DNA of 64,000 bases from Candidatus Woesearchaeota archaeon (GCA_964494915.1 CAZBTP010000001.1:6792-70791); one strand, 5' to 3'; counted from the first letter of the stretch, positions 17,736 through 28,132 are shown. Notes: a model not told the origin generated them from the letters alone. Numbers and translations are program-made.

Positions 17736-18605
17736 TCAACCAAAAAGGCTCTTGAGCCATGCAATAAGACGTCGAAAGAATCCCTCTCTCTTCTGAGGTG
17801 GAATAATGCCCTCACTTCCATTTATCGAGTTATTTGCAGAAACATTGAGTGAATCATTCGTCACAGAAGACACACTAACATTCTCTCCTGTCCCATTCGT
17901 ACTTTGATTAGAAAGAGTAACGTTTGCAGATGCATTAACCGATAAAGTCTGGTTTGTTGTTTGATTAAGGCTCGTTGTTTGTTCAGTTGTACTAATCACA
18001 ACCTCTGAAATATCCCCAGTTGCACACCGTTGTACTTCAACAATCACATTCGTGCTTGAAGCAGAACTAAGCTCAACCACATAGGACAGATTACCAAAAG
18101 TTACTTTTTCTGAAGGATTCTGTTCCTCAGACAAAGATAGCTTCTGTGCACCGACAACAAGTCTCACATTCGCCCCCTCAGGGCCAGTAGCTTCTGCATC
18201 ACTTAGATACACAAATAAACCCTTTATCGTAGCAACCGCACCCTCATCAACACTAGCAGATTCCCCTCCAATAGAAATCTTCGCAAAAGAAGAGGATGCA
18301 TTGAGCATGGAAATCGTATAACCACCGCTCAACAAATTAATTGTCTCAGACGAAGTTTGATTCGTTAAGCTTAAACGACGACTATCAAGAAGCAAATCCG
18401 CAGAAAACTGCCTGAATCGACTCCCTTCCTGTGCCTGAGTCGCACCAATGCCAAGTCCATTAATAACACGCGAAGAACCAAGATCCACCTCTCCCACGTC
18501 ACGAATCACTGCGCTCCCATCACTACAGTTCGCTTCCGCTGAAACACGAACCAGCCCAAGAGCAAAAAAGAACAGAAAAAACACAAACACCACCCCTTTT
18601 TTCAT
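17736..18605 (-). CDS. secreted Ser/Thr/Asn-rich protein with many N-glycosylation sequons
   Basis: Signal peptide MKKGVVFVFFLFFFALGLVRVSA. C-terminal run NQTTNQTLSVNASANVTLSNQSTNGTGENVSVSSVTNDSLNVSANNS. Confidence 0.5.
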   Translation of the reverse strand: MKKGVVFVFFLFFFALGLVRVSAEANCSDGSAVIRDVGEVDLGSSRVINGLGIGATQAQEGSRFRQFSADLLLDSRRLSLTNQTSSETINLLSGGYTISMLNASSSFAKISIGGESASVDEGAVATIKGLFVYLSDAEATGPEGANVRLVVGAQKLSLSEEQNPSEKVTFGNLSYVVELSSASSTNVIVEVQRCATGDISEVVISTTEQTTSLNQTTNQTLSVNASANVTLSNQSTNGTGENVSVSSVTNDSLNVSANNSINGSEGIIPPQKREGFFRRLIAWLKSLFG

Positions 18606-18756
18606 GCAGTAAAAGAGTTATCACAATTTATAAATTTACTTATTATATTTTTTATCACACAATTTATCATAAGAATTGTAATATAAATAGCGATATTTAT
18701 AACTATAGAATAACAACAATACAAAGATTTAAAAAGGAGAATCTTATTAAATAATT

Positions 18757-19005
18757 ATGACAAATGAGCAAATTAGAACATATGCAACTAAACAACCAGA
18801 TAGTGATACCTATGTATTAATGCATTCTGGAAGAGATTCTTATGTTCCAGTATTCGAATCTAAAGAAGGAGAAAGAAAACTAAGGGCAAGTCATCCGGCT
18901 TTTTCTGAAGCATTGGATAAAGGTCTTGAATTTGTAGTTGTGGACGTTAGCCCTCTTGTTTCTGCTTGTTTGTTAGATGAAAGTAAATTGTATAACTTTC
19001 ACTAA
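18757..19005 (+). CDS. hypothetical small protein
   Basis: 82-aa ORF after an AT-rich promoter-like region. No recognisable domain. Confidence 0.35.
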   Translation: MTNEQIRTYATKQPDSDTYVLMHSGRDSYVPVFESKEGERKLRASHPAFSEALDKGLEFVVVDVSPLVSACLLDESKLYNFH

Positions 19006-19119
19006 TCTATAACATTCTGAGACATTTTTTAGAACCTATAAATATGTGGGATGTTTCTGTCCCACAATGTATTCTCTAAATATACAAATTATTATAAGCA
19101 ATATATGTTATAATAAAAA

Positions 19120-19506
19120 ATGGGCAGCTTAATAGAAATAAATGACACGTTAAAAATATCAAAAGAAAGAGGTTTTCCTGAAGGTTTAACTTTAGACTCT
19201 CATGTTTCAAATTCATCGATCTCTTCAAGGTTTATTGGCCAAGAATTTGAGTTTTGGAACAATAATGAAAGATTATACCACAGACCTCCAACAAGAGTAT
19301 TTTTAGTTGAAGAAGTAGATGGAAAATGGCTTTATTGGGGCAATGCTTTAATCACATCGCAAACAATAGAAGAAGGCAGAACTAAAGGAAGGTATAAGAT
19401 CGTTAAAATCTATCAGCCAGATTTTCAGAGACAGATAACTATTGAAGAATCTCCTAAGGATAAAAGCTATTTTCCTGATAGCCCAAAAAGTCTTCTTCCA
19501 TCATAA
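19120..19506 (+). CDS. hypothetical protein
   Basis: 128-aa ORF bracketed by short hairpins containing cccacaat at 19040-19069 and 19509-19537. Confidence 0.4.
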   Translation: MGSLIEINDTLKISKERGFPEGLTLDSHVSNSSISSRFIGQEFEFWNNNERLYHRPPTRVFLVEEVDGKWLYWGNALITSQTIEEGRTKGRYKIVKIYQPDFQRQITIEESPKDKSYFPDSPKSLLPS

Positions 19507-19569
19507 CTACATTGTGAGACCCTTTTGACCCACAATTTATAAATATAGCGCCCATTTCTGTCCTCTATC

Positions 19570-20130
19570 TTAAAATTCAAAATATTCTCTTTTGATTAAT
19601 ATTTTATCATCACAAACATTCCATAAATGATTTGATAAAGAAAAACCAGACTTTCTTTTTCTATCGGTGAAATATGCTAAAATAATTTTAACACCAAAGT
19701 CCTTTCTTATCTCCTGAATGATTGGAACGAAATCAGTATCCGAAGTTAATAATATCAAATTCTTAATTTCTTTCTTTTGTGAAACTTTAAGTAAATCCAT
19801 TGTAAGCAAAGTATCAACTCCTTTCTGTTGGAATCCGCCTTCACTTTTTTGAACTCTTCCTTCTCTAATATTTATTTTTGGTTTTACTTCTCTTAGTTTT
19901 AGAATAAATTTGTCGTAATTAGCACGTCTCTTATTTTCTTCGATAGTTGATGTTGAACTTTGATATGGTGGAGCAGTATAAAAATAAATTTCTTCAACTT
20001 CTAAATTCTTAATTTTAGCTATATTTTGAGCAAACTTTTCGATTTTATTTCCTAATGGTTTACCTTTACCAAAATATTTTGAAATAAAAGATAAATAACC
20101 TCCGTCTATAAAGAATACTGTTTTTTCCAT
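19570..20130 (-). CDS. NYN-domain (LabA-like, PIN-related) putative ribonuclease
   Basis: N-terminal VFFIDGGYL, GVDTLLTMD, and LILLTSDTDFVPII pattern typical of NYN/DUF88. Confidence 0.6.
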   Translation of the reverse strand: MEKTVFFIDGGYLSFISKYFGKGKPLGNKIEKFAQNIAKIKNLEVEEIYFYTAPPYQSSTSTIEENKRRANYDKFILKLREVKPKINIREGRVQKSEGGFQQKGVDTLLTMDLLKVSQKKEIKNLILLTSDTDFVPIIQEIRKDFGVKIILAYFTDRKRKSGFSLSNHLWNVCDDKILIKREYFEF

Positions 20131-20349
20131 TATATTTCATCGGGCAACCCAAAGGATCACCCGGGATTATGTTAATAAAGCTATGATTCTCGATCTTTTA
20201 AAACTTTCTATTTTCGTGCTGTGTTGTATGATTAATGCAACATAGACAAAGTTGAATTCTGGGTTTACAATTTGCTTCAAGAGATTACATAAATCCATAG
20301 GATCAGCGAAAGCCACGTTGTTTAAGACGAGTCATACAACACAGCAGCG

Positions 20350-20625
20350 TTACTCATACTGGAGAACAACAGTATAACCAACTTCTTCGTTCACATCCTC
20401 GTCAGCTTCTTCGTTCACATCTGCGTCAGCTTCTTCGTACACCCCATGAGATTCTTCTTGAGCAACCTCACGACAGCGCCAGCACAAGGATTGCTCACTA
20501 CCACCTTGATAATCCTGCTCATGTTCTAACTCTTGCAGATCGTACCAAAGGTCAAACACAGCATTGCACCGCCGACATCGAACAGGCAGTACACACATTG
20601 CTTGTCTCATATGCAACAGAAACAT
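20350..20625 (-). CDS. small zinc-ribbon protein with acidic repeat tail
   Basis: CRRC...CWRC four-Cys arrangement. Tail EEADADVNEEADEDVNEE. Start uncertain (internal Met at about 20610). Confidence 0.35.
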   Translation of the reverse strand: MFLLHMRQAMCVLPVRCRRCNAVFDLWYDLQELEHEQDYQGGSEQSLCWRCREVAQEESHGVYEEADADVNEEADEDVNEEVGYTVVLQYE

Positions 20626-20764
20626 ACAGACTATAAATAAACATAGAGAACTTCAATTATTACATTCGTTCTCAACAAATCTTATATAGCAAATACCTTT
20701 AGAGTTACAAATACCAAGTGAGGATAAAACAACAATATTTTTATACTGCGTTACTCCGAAGTAC

Positions 20765-21235
20765 TTACTTTACAGGTTCGAGTAAGGTATACATAATGTT
20801 ATTTGCTAGATCACTAGGATTAAATCCTTCTGGCGCATCAAGGATATATCCTACCATGAAGCTTCCAGGTTCAAGCGCCACTACATGAGCTACTTCCCTT
20901 GGAAGATAAATAATCCTTTGTTCAGGGTTATAACTATTGAATTCTAATTCAACATGTTCTTCTCCTGACCGAACTCTCTGAGCTACTACTATTCCCCTCC
21001 CTCGTCCAAGAACAAAAAGCTCGTCAAAAATTTCATGATAATGATTCCCGAGAACGAGTCTGCCATGACTGTCAACCCCTTTTTCAGGATTAAGGCTTAA
21101 GTCAAATATATTTGAGCCAGCCACTTTTCTTCCCTGTAGATACCCTACAGGAAGGTCGCCAATAAATCGTCGCGAGTCGCGGTGCGAACCGACAAATTTC
21201 CGTCGTATGATTTGTTCTAATTCTGATGCTGTCAT
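20765..21235 (-). CDS. cupin-fold protein (possible sugar isomerase/epimerase-like)
   Basis: GRLVLGNHYHEIFDELFVLGRGRG resembles cupin motif 1 (G..H.H...E......G). 156 aa. Confidence 0.45.
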   Translation of the reverse strand: MTASELEQIIRRKFVGSHRDSRRFIGDLPVGYLQGRKVAGSNIFDLSLNPEKGVDSHGRLVLGNHYHEIFDELFVLGRGRGIVVAQRVRSGEEHVELEFNSYNPEQRIIYLPREVAHVVALEPGSFMVGYILDAPEGFNPSDLANNIMYTLLEPVK

Positions 21236-21329
21236 CTTTGTCGTTATACGAAAATCTTTATAAGCTTTCTAGTGATAGAGTGATATGTTCGATAGCAACT
21301 TTTAATAATCTGTTCACTTTCTTCTTCTC

Positions 21330-22784
21330 ATGGAACTAAAAGAGTATCAACAACTTGGCCTGAAAGCAGGTCTTGAAATCCACCAACAACTCGACACAGG
21401 CACAAAGCTCTTTTGCAACTGTCCTTCTTTCCTAAGAAATGACCCTCCTGAAATAACAATAAAACGGAAACTTCATGCAGTCGCAGGCGAAACAGGCGAA
21501 GTTGATAGCGCGGTCGAGTACGAAGCAGCACGTAATCGCGAATTTTATTACCAAGGCTACCATGATACTACCTGCCTTATTGAACTCGATGAAGAACCCC
21601 CAAAACTAATAAATGAAACAGCGTTAAACGAGGCACTTAAGATAGCGCTTCTTCTCAACTGTGAAATCTATCAAGTGACACAAATCATGCGAAAAACAGT
21701 AATAGACGGCTCAAATACCTCTGGCTTCCAACGTACAGTCCTCATCGCTCGTAATGGTCTCCTTAAAACATCGAAGGGCGATGTGGGAATAGAAACCCTC
21801 GCCCTAGAAGAAGACGCAGCCCGCATTATAGAAAAAGATGATAAAAAATCGATCTATCGTCTCGATCGTCTTGGCATTCCTCTTGTAGAGATTACAACAA
21901 CGCCAACCCTCCAAGATCCTGAACACATTAAGGAAACAGCACTCAAACTCGGAGAAATCCTTCGCGCCTGTAAGGTAAAACGCGGCATCGGTACAATTAG
22001 ACAGGATATCAATGTTAGCATTAAAAGCCACGAGAAGGTTGAGATCAAGGGCTTCCAAGATCCGGCTCTAATGGTGAAAACAATAGGATTAGAAGTCCAA
22101 CGTCAGGTAGAAGATCTCAAAAACAACAAAAAAACAGGAGAAGTACGAAACGCGCTTCCTGATGGCACAACTGAATTCCTGAGACCTCTTCCTGGAAGAG
22201 CGCGCATGTATCCTGAGACCGATCTTCCGCTCTTAAGGATAAGTAGAGAAAAAATAAATGCCATTAAAAAACAACTACCAAAACTAAAACACGAGATAAG
22301 ATCAGAACTCAAGAAGAAAGGCCTCTCGGATGAACTCATTCCTCGTATTCTTGAAGGGAATCTTGATGAGTTTGAAACTCTTCTCCAAGTGTATGAAAAA
22401 AACCCAAATCTCATTGCAAAAATGATGACGCTCTGGCGATCAGAACTTGCAACCAAACTTAGAAAACCGCTCGCTGAAATAAAAGAAATCCTCTCAGAAA
22501 GAATCCTCGAACAAATCCTTGAAGCATTAAAAGAAAACAGAATCACCGAATCAGACATCCGCCCAATCATGGAGAAGATCACAACAGGCACACCGCTTGA
22601 AGACGCCCTGAGAACAGAAAGAATATCTTCTGACGAACTCGAAGAGCATATTCGAAAAATAATCAAAGAAAAACCGGGATTGCGCCCAAATGCTTACATG
22701 GGACTTATCATGCAACAACTCAAAGACAAACTCAACCCCCAACAAGCTATGCAGATCATACAAAAAATCCTTGCCGCAGAATGA
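21330..22784 (+). CDS. gatB: Asp/Glu-tRNA amidotransferase subunit B (GatB/GatE family)
   Basis: N-terminal GLEIHQQLDTGTKLFCNCPS, RMYPETDLP, and C-terminal YqeY-like helical domain. Partnered in the window by gatA and gatC. Confidence 0.85.
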   Translation: MELKEYQQLGLKAGLEIHQQLDTGTKLFCNCPSFLRNDPPEITIKRKLHAVAGETGEVDSAVEYEAARNREFYYQGYHDTTCLIELDEEPPKLINETALNEALKIALLLNCEIYQVTQIMRKTVIDGSNTSGFQRTVLIARNGLLKTSKGDVGIETLALEEDAARIIEKDDKKSIYRLDRLGIPLVEITTTPTLQDPEHIKETALKLGEILRACKVKRGIGTIRQDINVSIKSHEKVEIKGFQDPALMVKTIGLEVQRQVEDLKNNKKTGEVRNALPDGTTEFLRPLPGRARMYPETDLPLLRISREKINAIKKQLPKLKHEIRSELKKKGLSDELIPRILEGNLDEFETLLQVYEKNPNLIAKMMTLWRSELATKLRKPLAEIKEILSERILEQILEALKENRITESDIRPIMEKITTGTPLEDALRTERISSDELEEHIRKIIKEKPGLRPNAYMGLIMQQLKDKLNPQQAMQIIQKILAAE

Positions 22785-23275
22785 GAGTAAAGAAACTCAG
22801 TTTCCGAAGTATCACCCCCTTCGTTCTAATCTTCTTTATTATTCTTAGTACAATGTTATTAATCACATCCATTAAAAAAACAACACAAACACAACCATTA
22901 CAAACACTCACAATTCAAACACAAACAAAAACACTCTTGATTGATATAGAGATAGCAAACACCCCACGAAAACGCGCACAAGGACTTATGTATCGCCCCT
23001 CCCTAGAACAAAACACCGGCATGCTCTTCGTCTTTCCTCGAGAACAACAGCAAACTTTCTGGATGAAAAACACCCTCATTCCTCTTGACATTCTCTTCAT
23101 AAACACAAACCTCGAGATCATCGAAATCATAACAGCACAGCCCTGCAGCCATAACCCCTGTTTCTATTACACCTCCTCACTCCCAGCAAGGTACGTTCTC
23201 GAACTCAATGCCGGTTTTTCTCAGCGCAATAATCTCTCCCAGAGCGATAGAATCATCGTCAACACCGGGCTGTGA
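22781..23275 (+). CDS. DUF192 (COG1430) family protein with N-terminal TM
   Basis: IANTPRKRAQGLMYR...GMLFVF...FWMKNTLIPLDILF pattern. Confidence 0.6.
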   Translation: MRVKKLSFRSITPFVLIFFIILSTMLLITSIKKTTQTQPLQTLTIQTQTKTLLIDIEIANTPRKRAQGLMYRPSLEQNTGMLFVFPREQQQTFWMKNTLIPLDILFINTNLEIIEIITAQPCSHNPCFYYTSSLPARYVLELNAGFSQRNNLSQSDRIIVNTGL

Positions 23276-23336
23276 AGTAAACGTCTAGAATTCCGAACAA
23301 AACATTTATATAATAGTTATACATATAAGTTATACA

Positions 23337-23564
23337 ATGGCGATCGAAGTTAAAACAAAAAAATGGGGAAACTCGATAGGAATAGTTATACCTATAGAGG
23401 CTGTGGAAAGATTTAATATAAAACCAGAAGAAGATATTATAATCGAGATTGAAAAAAAGAATAATGTGCTCAAAGAGATGTTCGGGAAGGCTAAATTAAA
23501 GAAATCTGCAAAGAGGATGATAAAGGATTTTAGAAAAGAAAACGAAAGCAAATGGATGAAATAA
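23337..23564 (+). CDS. AbrB/SpoVT-type antitoxin (VapB-like)
   Basis: KWGNSIGIVIPIEAV swapped-hairpin motif. 13-nt overlap with the downstream PIN gene. Confidence 0.65.
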   Translation: MAIEVKTKKWGNSIGIVIPIEAVERFNIKPEEDIIIEIEKKNNVLKEMFGKAKLKKSAKRMIKDFRKENESKWMK

Positions 23565-23926
23565 AGAAATGTTTGGACACGTATGCGCTAATGGAGATTT
23601 ATTTAGGCAATGAGAGATTTGCCCAATATCTAAATGTTGATTTTGTAATAAATGATTTCACACTAGCAGAATTTTACGGAGTTCTCTTAAAAGAATATGG
23701 CGAAAGCGAGGCTGAACTTTGGCTGAAAAAATTAGAGAGATATTCTTTGCCAGTCACCAGAAAAATTTTAATTGAAGCTATCAAGTTTCGACAAGAAAAT
23801 AAAAAACAAGACATCTCATTTTTTGATGCAGTAGGATACATGTTCTCAGTTAAGAATGGATATTATTTTGTTACAGGAGATAAAGAATTTGAAAACCTTC
23901 CGAATGTTGAATTCAAGAAAAAATAA
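23552..23926 (+). CDS. PIN-domain toxin (VapC-like)
   Basis: LDTYALMEI acidic N-terminal motif, TGDKEF near the C-terminus, 124 aa. Confidence 0.65.
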   Translation: MDEIKKCLDTYALMEIYLGNERFAQYLNVDFVINDFTLAEFYGVLLKEYGESEAELWLKKLERYSLPVTRKILIEAIKFRQENKKQDISFFDAVGYMFSVKNGYYFVTGDKEFENLPNVEFKKK

Positions 23927-24008
23927 GAGGCCGTTTTCAGTTATGCACTAATCATACAACACAGCATATCAACACAAATCTTAAAAACCTCTCTCGACTC
24001 TCACTCCT

Positions 24009-25385
24009 ATGTTACGAACGCATACTTGTAATGAGCTAAAGAAAAAAGATGCAGGCAAGAAGGCAACACTCTGTGGCTGGATTGATACGATCCGCGAACA
24101 CGGAAAGCTTTCATTCATAGATATCAGAGATCGCTACGGTAAAACCCAGGTTGTTGTACGAGAGAAACACGAACTCAAACCAGAATACGTTGTTCGAATA
24201 AAGGGCGAAGTAAAAACACGCAAACCAGGCACAGAAAACAAAGACCTTGAGACAGGAGACATTGAACTACTTGCAGAGAAAATAGAGATCCTAGGGAAAT
24301 CAAAAACTCCTCCCTTTGAAATTCTCGATGAAAAGCCAGCAGGCGATGAAATCAGGATGAAATACCGCTTCCTTGATCTGCGTCGTCCTATCATGCAAAA
24401 AAATCTCGCATTTCGAGCACGAGGAACACACGCTATACGAGAATTCTTTTTGGAAAACAATTTTATTGAAATAGAAACGCCCCTCCTTGTTAAACCAACA
24501 CCGGAAGGAGCACGTGATTACATTGTTCCGAGCAGAGTAAATCCAGGGAAGTTCTATGCGCTCCCTCAATCTCCTCAATTATACAAACAGATCCTCATGA
24601 TTGCAGGCTTTGATAGATACTTCCAGATCGCACGCTGCCTTCGTGATGAAGATCTCCGCGCAGATAGGCAACCAGAACACACACAAATAGATCTCGAAAT
24701 GTCGTTTGTTGAGGCAGCAGATATAATGGAAATTGTAGAATCGCTCTACAAACATCTCTTCAAGAAACTCTTACGCATCGAACTGAAAAAATTTGCACGA
24801 GTATCATACGAAGAAGCAATGAAGACGTATAAAACAGACAAACCAGATCTACGAAAAAACAAAACAGATAAAAAAGAATTCGCTTTCTGCTGGGTCTATG
24901 ATTTTCCGCTCTTTTCCTACAACGACGAAGAAAAACGATGGGAACCAGAACATCATATGTTCAGTGCTCCTAAAAAAGAGCACCTCTCTTTCCTTGAAAA
25001 AGATCCTGCAAAGGTAAAGGGCGATCTTTTCGACATTGTCCTGAACGGTGTCGAAATCGGTTCAGGGTCAATTCGTATTAACAACCCAGAAGTACAAGAG
25101 CGTGTTATGAAGGTTATTGGCATGTCAAAAGAAGAAGCACACAAGAAATTCGGCTTTCTCCTCGATGCCTATGAATATGGTGGTCCTATTCATGGCGGCA
25201 TGGGTCTCGGCCTTGATCGCCTTATTGCTCTCATGCTGGGTTATTCTGACATTCGTGAAGTTATCGCCTTCCCTAGAAACAAAGCAGCGCAAAACCCCAT
25301 GGACAACTCTCCTACAGACGTCTCACAAAAACAACTGAAAGAAGCCCACATCTCTCTCGACCTTCCGAAAAGATCAAAGAGATGA
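24009..25385 (+). CDS. aspS: aspartyl-tRNA synthetase, archaeal/eukaryal type (likely non-discriminating)
   Basis: Class II motifs FRARGTHAIREFF, QSPQLYKQ...FQIARCLRDEDLRADRQPEHTQIDLEMSF, GGMGLGLDRL. GatC encoded 5 nt downstream. Confidence 0.93.
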   Translation: MLRTHTCNELKKKDAGKKATLCGWIDTIREHGKLSFIDIRDRYGKTQVVVREKHELKPEYVVRIKGEVKTRKPGTENKDLETGDIELLAEKIEILGKSKTPPFEILDEKPAGDEIRMKYRFLDLRRPIMQKNLAFRARGTHAIREFFLENNFIEIETPLLVKPTPEGARDYIVPSRVNPGKFYALPQSPQLYKQILMIAGFDRYFQIARCLRDEDLRADRQPEHTQIDLEMSFVEAADIMEIVESLYKHLFKKLLRIELKKFARVSYEEAMKTYKTDKPDLRKNKTDKKEFAFCWVYDFPLFSYNDEEKRWEPEHHMFSAPKKEHLSFLEKDPAKVKGDLFDIVLNGVEIGSGSIRINNPEVQERVMKVIGMSKEEAHKKFGFLLDAYEYGGPIHGGMGLGLDRLIALMLGYSDIREVIAFPRNKAAQNPMDNSPTDVSQKQLKEAHISLDLPKRSKR

Positions 25386-25389
25386 AACA

Positions 25390-25617
25390 ATGACCGCACA
25401 AAAAGAAATCGAAGCAGAAGCAAAACACCTACTTAAAAAATTCAGTAGGGCATTACATAAAATAAAAGAAAAGGAGAAAGAAATAAAACCAACAACAGAC
25501 GGTATGCGAGAAGAAGGCCCTGGCGAAACTGCAGATCCAGAGTTCAAAAAGTCCATGTTTGCGAATGCTCCTAAAACAGACAATGGCTTCATTATCGCAG
25601 AGAAGAAAAAATGGTGA
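25390..25617 (+). CDS. gatC: Asp/Glu-tRNA amidotransferase subunit C (short)
   Basis: C-terminal FANAPKTDNGFIIAEK matches GatC NAP...G.I.VP. Placed immediately after aspS. Confidence 0.6.
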   Translation: MTAQKEIEAEAKHLLKKFSRALHKIKEKEKEIKPTTDGMREEGPGETADPEFKKSMFANAPKTDNGFIIAEKKKW

Positions 25618-25919
25618 CACAGATAATGAATGAAGAAAGAGAGATAAAGAAGGCAAAAATAAAAGCCTCAAAACCGATCGAAGAGATAAAAAAAGGCGAT
25701 AGAATAAGAATAGATTCTCTCCTTCTCGAAGTCGATTCTCACCACATCCTCATAAATCATGGTTCGACAAAAGAAATAGCAATCGAACTCTTCGACCCAA
25801 AAACCGATAAAGACTACCAACTCCGCTACTTTTCAGATCAACCTGAAACCAGCCTCGAGCTCTATGAGCTTCAAGAGATCATTTACAACAAGGTTGATAT
25901 TGATAACATCGAATGGTAA
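25611..25919 (+). CDS. hypothetical protein
   Basis: 102-aa ORF overlapping gatC stop by 7 nt. Confidence 0.4.
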   Translation: MVTQIMNEEREIKKAKIKASKPIEEIKKGDRIRIDSLLLEVDSHHILINHGSTKEIAIELFDPKTDKDYQLRYFSDQPETSLELYELQEIIYNKVDIDNIEW

Positions 25920-25982
25920 TTGCTCTTCTTTATCCTACAACAAACAAATAATTAAAAACCCCGGCAGCCTCTCCAGACAATA

Positions 25983-26474
25983 ATGCCATACTATACGATA
26001 GGGTATGAAATACTCGGAGAAACCCTGAGCACCGTAGTTCGCTTTGGGGAAAGACTTATCCATAAAACACCAAAAGAACTCGAGAGCACCTTATTTCACT
26101 CTGAGAGAGAACTTAATCATAAAGAACTAAGCGATCTTGTTAATCAAGCGACAAAAAATGCTCTCGTGCACGCAATCAATCATAGAGATGAGTATTTTTG
26201 GAGTCTGGAAGAGGGAGGAATATCTTTTGCGGAGCTATATTTCAAAGTAGTTGAAGAACTAGAAAATTTGGGACTCAAAGAATTAGACGTCAAACTAGAA
26301 TTGAATTATCAGGGATCTGCTTCTATCTGCACTGATAAGGACGGGGAATCTGAGTTCACGACTCCAGAGAATAAACTTCTCATAGAGAGTATTCCGAAGG
26401 AACTGAGAGAGGAAGCGATAAAAATAGCTCGTGATTTTCATAAAGAGTATTTCGAAGGGATGAAAGAGAAATAG
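25983..26474 (+). CDS. hypothetical protein
   Basis: 163-aa acidic ORF with coding-like composition. Confidence 0.45.
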   Translation: MPYYTIGYEILGETLSTVVRFGERLIHKTPKELESTLFHSERELNHKELSDLVNQATKNALVHAINHRDEYFWSLEEGGISFAELYFKVVEELENLGLKELDVKLELNYQGSASICTDKDGESEFTTPENKLLIESIPKELREEAIKIARDFHKEYFEGMKEK

Positions 26475-26531
26475 CTAGAAATAGAGCGCGATTTTGGCGG
26501 CAAATTCCTCCGGATTAGAAATTCTTAACAT

Positions 26532-27641
26532 TTATTCATAGCACAATTTCCAAGTCAGATGATCTTTATGGATAAGACGTAAGATGGAAGCTTTCGCCCC
26601 CTCACTAAAATATGGCTCAGGACATATTCTTTCGCCGTTTTCGCCCAGCCGTAGGACACCCAAGTCGACATGAGAGCCGTCGCCTCCATTGATCAGCTTT
26701 CCGATCAAGTCTCCCTGCTTAACTTCGTCCCCGTTTTTCACAAACACATTATCCTTTTGTCTTTGGTTAACTGCATCACTGGATGAAAAAGTCTCGAAAC
26801 TGTAACAGACAAGAAAGGGATTGTGATCGATGCAAAGTTGAGTATTTCCACCTTCGTTTCGGAAATTAGTGATCTTACCATCGGTAACCGCCAGAAACGG
26901 AATCATGTCAGACACAGGGAAGAAATCAATCCCCAGATGTTTTATCCCTAATAAACCGCCAGATGTTTCACTGTATGGACCGATTCGGCTGATATCTGCT
27001 TCATCGAAATACGGTGTGATCATCACAAGATCCTGATATGTTTTTTGGCTTGGCAAATTTTGATCGTATGAAGACTCATTACGAATCAAACCCCCATGGG
27101 AAGTGTATCCGTAGTAGGAATTATCAAGCCCATAAATTTGGTACGCAAAAAAACCTAAGAACAAAATATTTATTACAGCTAATATCAAAATTGTATTCCA
27201 CCTGCCTTTTGCGCCCCACGTGCGATCCACGTTTCTATAAATGAAATAAGGGGTTAATACAAAAAAGCCGACGCCGATAAGAGTCCAAATAGGACTTTGC
27301 GTTTTACCCGGGTCGGGCAGAAACCATTTGAAAATAAACCAAATAGTCGACGCACTAACCCACACGATGGGCCAGCTTAATGAACGGAACAGAATCCAGC
27401 TTATAAAACCAAACAGCAAATAGAATAGTGGACGGTGGAGAGCATCGCTCAAACTCATATCTAATATCGAGACTTTGTCGGGACCACCTCCGCCGATGCC
27501 AGGACCGATCAAATAGAGTGGCAGAGCTATAATCTGTTCACCAAGAAGAAAGAATGTTAAGACGAAAAATAAGATAAAACTCGCAGAAAGCTTACGATCC
27601 TCCCTCCAGTTCCCATATTTCTTGAAAAAATCCATATTCAT
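26532..27641 (-). CDS. membrane protein with C-terminal M23/LytM-like peptidase domain
   Basis: Several N-terminal TM helices. HLGIDF (HxxxD) and later GDGSHVDLG motifs. Confidence 0.5.
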   Translation of the reverse strand: MNMDFFKKYGNWREDRKLSASFILFFVLTFFLLGEQIIALPLYLIGPGIGGGGPDKVSILDMSLSDALHRPLFYLLFGFISWILFRSLSWPIVWVSASTIWFIFKWFLPDPGKTQSPIWTLIGVGFFVLTPYFIYRNVDRTWGAKGRWNTILILAVINILFLGFFAYQIYGLDNSYYGYTSHGGLIRNESSYDQNLPSQKTYQDLVMITPYFDEADISRIGPYSETSGGLLGIKHLGIDFFPVSDMIPFLAVTDGKITNFRNEGGNTQLCIDHNPFLVCYSFETFSSSDAVNQRQKDNVFVKNGDEVKQGDLIGKLINGGDGSHVDLGVLRLGENGERICPEPYFSEGAKASILRLIHKDHLTWKLCYE

Positions 27642-27751
27642 TTCAATAAATCTTCAATAGTCTTGGCATAATTTTTATTACAGAGTTACAAGTTTATAAA
27701 TATACCCTCAATAATAAGAACATTTATTAACTCAAAACCTTTCTGTCGACA

Positions 27752-28132
27752 ATGAATAAAGTTGTTCACTTTGAAATACCCTATGATAATATAGACCGTG
27801 TAAAAACCTTCTATGAAAACGTGTTTGGATGGAAGATCAATGAAATTCCTGCGATGAATTATCACATGGTTACCACCGTCCAAACAGACGAAAAACAGAT
27901 GCCAAAAGAATCCGGTGCGATTAACGGCGGCATGTATAAGCGCGGTATGGGCGGCTCACAAACACCAGTCATTGTTATCGATGTGCCATCGATCGATGCA
28001 TACATCGAAAAAGTAAAAGCTGCAGGCGGTACGATTGTCTTTGACAAGCGCAAGGTCGGCGACATGGGCTTCTACGCACAAATCAAGGATACAGAAGGCA
28101 ACATCGTTGGCATCTGGCAGACAACACAATAA
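27752..28132 (+). CDS. VOC/glyoxalase-family protein
   Basis: HFEIPYDNIDRVKTFYENVFGW start and GIWQ end, typical of small VOC proteins. Confidence 0.8.
   Translation: MNKVVHFEIPYDNIDRVKTFYENVFGWKINEIPAMNYHMVTTVQTDEKQMPKESGAINGGMYKRGMGGSQTPVIVIDVPSIDAYIEKVKAAGGTIVFDKRKVGDMGFYAQIKDTEGNIVGIWQTTQ

Noticed and set aside
22103-22666. 187-aa minus-strand Ser-rich ORF
   Set aside because: It is antisense to gatB, which carries strong family motifs.
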